From Hydrolagus affinis (taxonomy: Eukaryota): a DNA stretch of 64,000 bases. Below the pieces are notes generated by a model, which searched no databases, had not been told where the DNA came from, and worked only from the letters and a program-made list of their open reading frames with translations. The position numbers were made by a program, and so were the translations under genes. Below are positions 63,578-64,000 of this stretch, piece after piece (position 1 is the first letter of the stretch; every line of letters starts with the position of its first letter). Where the stretch lies: contig JAAILG010001064.1 in NCBI GenBank assembly GCA_012026655.1, positions 1-64,000 on the forward strand, written 5' to 3'.

Positions 63578-63955
63578 ATAATAATAATCCTTGCATTTGA
63601 TATAGCTCGTTTCGTGTCTTCTAGATGTTTCAAAGTGCTTCACAGAATAGACTGCAAGTGAATTGACTGTATGTTTGTGGTTGAAACTCAGTAGCCAATT
63701 GCGCAGAGCAGTGTCCCACAACCAGGTGTGGATTAAAGTGACCACTTCATTATTGGGGGGTTTTCTTGAGGGAATTTTAGACCCAGAAAAGCAATCTGCC
63801 ATTTGACTAACAACCAGGTTCTTACTTACTACAGGTACTAGGTAAACAGAGGCATGTGGAGTAAGGAAACTTGCCCAACATTTCACCCTGCCGGGAATTG
63901 AATCCAGGTCACTCACTTGTAAGGCAAGTGGTCCAATCACTAAGCTACAGGACTC
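63578..63955 (-). mobile_element. Full-length tRNA-Deu-L2 SINE (long variant)
   Basis: Tail, Deu core and tRNA head (GGAATTGAATCC...CACTAAGCTACAGGACTC) are all present. Confidence 0.88.
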
Positions 63956-64000
63956 TATCACTTACAATAACATTCAATATATGCTGCTGTAGAGGTGAAA

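Noticed and set aside
63509-63961. 150-aa minus-strand ORF
   Set aside because: It reads through a SINE. The same YSVK.FETSRR...IKCKDYYY peptide appears in many SINE copies.

Overview
This is AT-rich vertebrate genomic DNA, not prokaryotic. The tRNA-Deu-L2 SINEs, L2/CR1 LINEs and Penelope elements suggest a cartilaginous fish (inference). It carries three genes in the same order and orientation as human 15q25. ZFAND6 (+) has a CpG-island promoter at ~1.4-2.2 kb and 5 coding exons over 9778-20811 (211 aa). FAH (+) has 14 coding exons over 23698-37393 (418 aa). CTXND1 (-) has one coding exon at 46819-47010 and a probable upstream exon near 60.8-60.9 kb. Mobile DNA includes an internally deleted Harbinger, a CpG-rich hAT-type MITE with an 8-bp TSD, a solo LTR with a 4-bp TSD, a Penelope element (GIY-YIG) with a minimal hammerhead ribozyme, a Penelope-derived palindrome and many SINE/LINE fragments. 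Best leads: a frame-preserving 237-nt candidate cassette exon in ZFAND6; a possible N-terminally extended CTXND1 with an overlapping uORF and a shifted stop; the NRF1/splice-donor-bearing MITE; and a PGD-to-PAD change in FAH. I see no clearly new multi-gene system. Splice structures were read by eye, repeat boundaries are approximate, and comparisons to human proteins are from memory.
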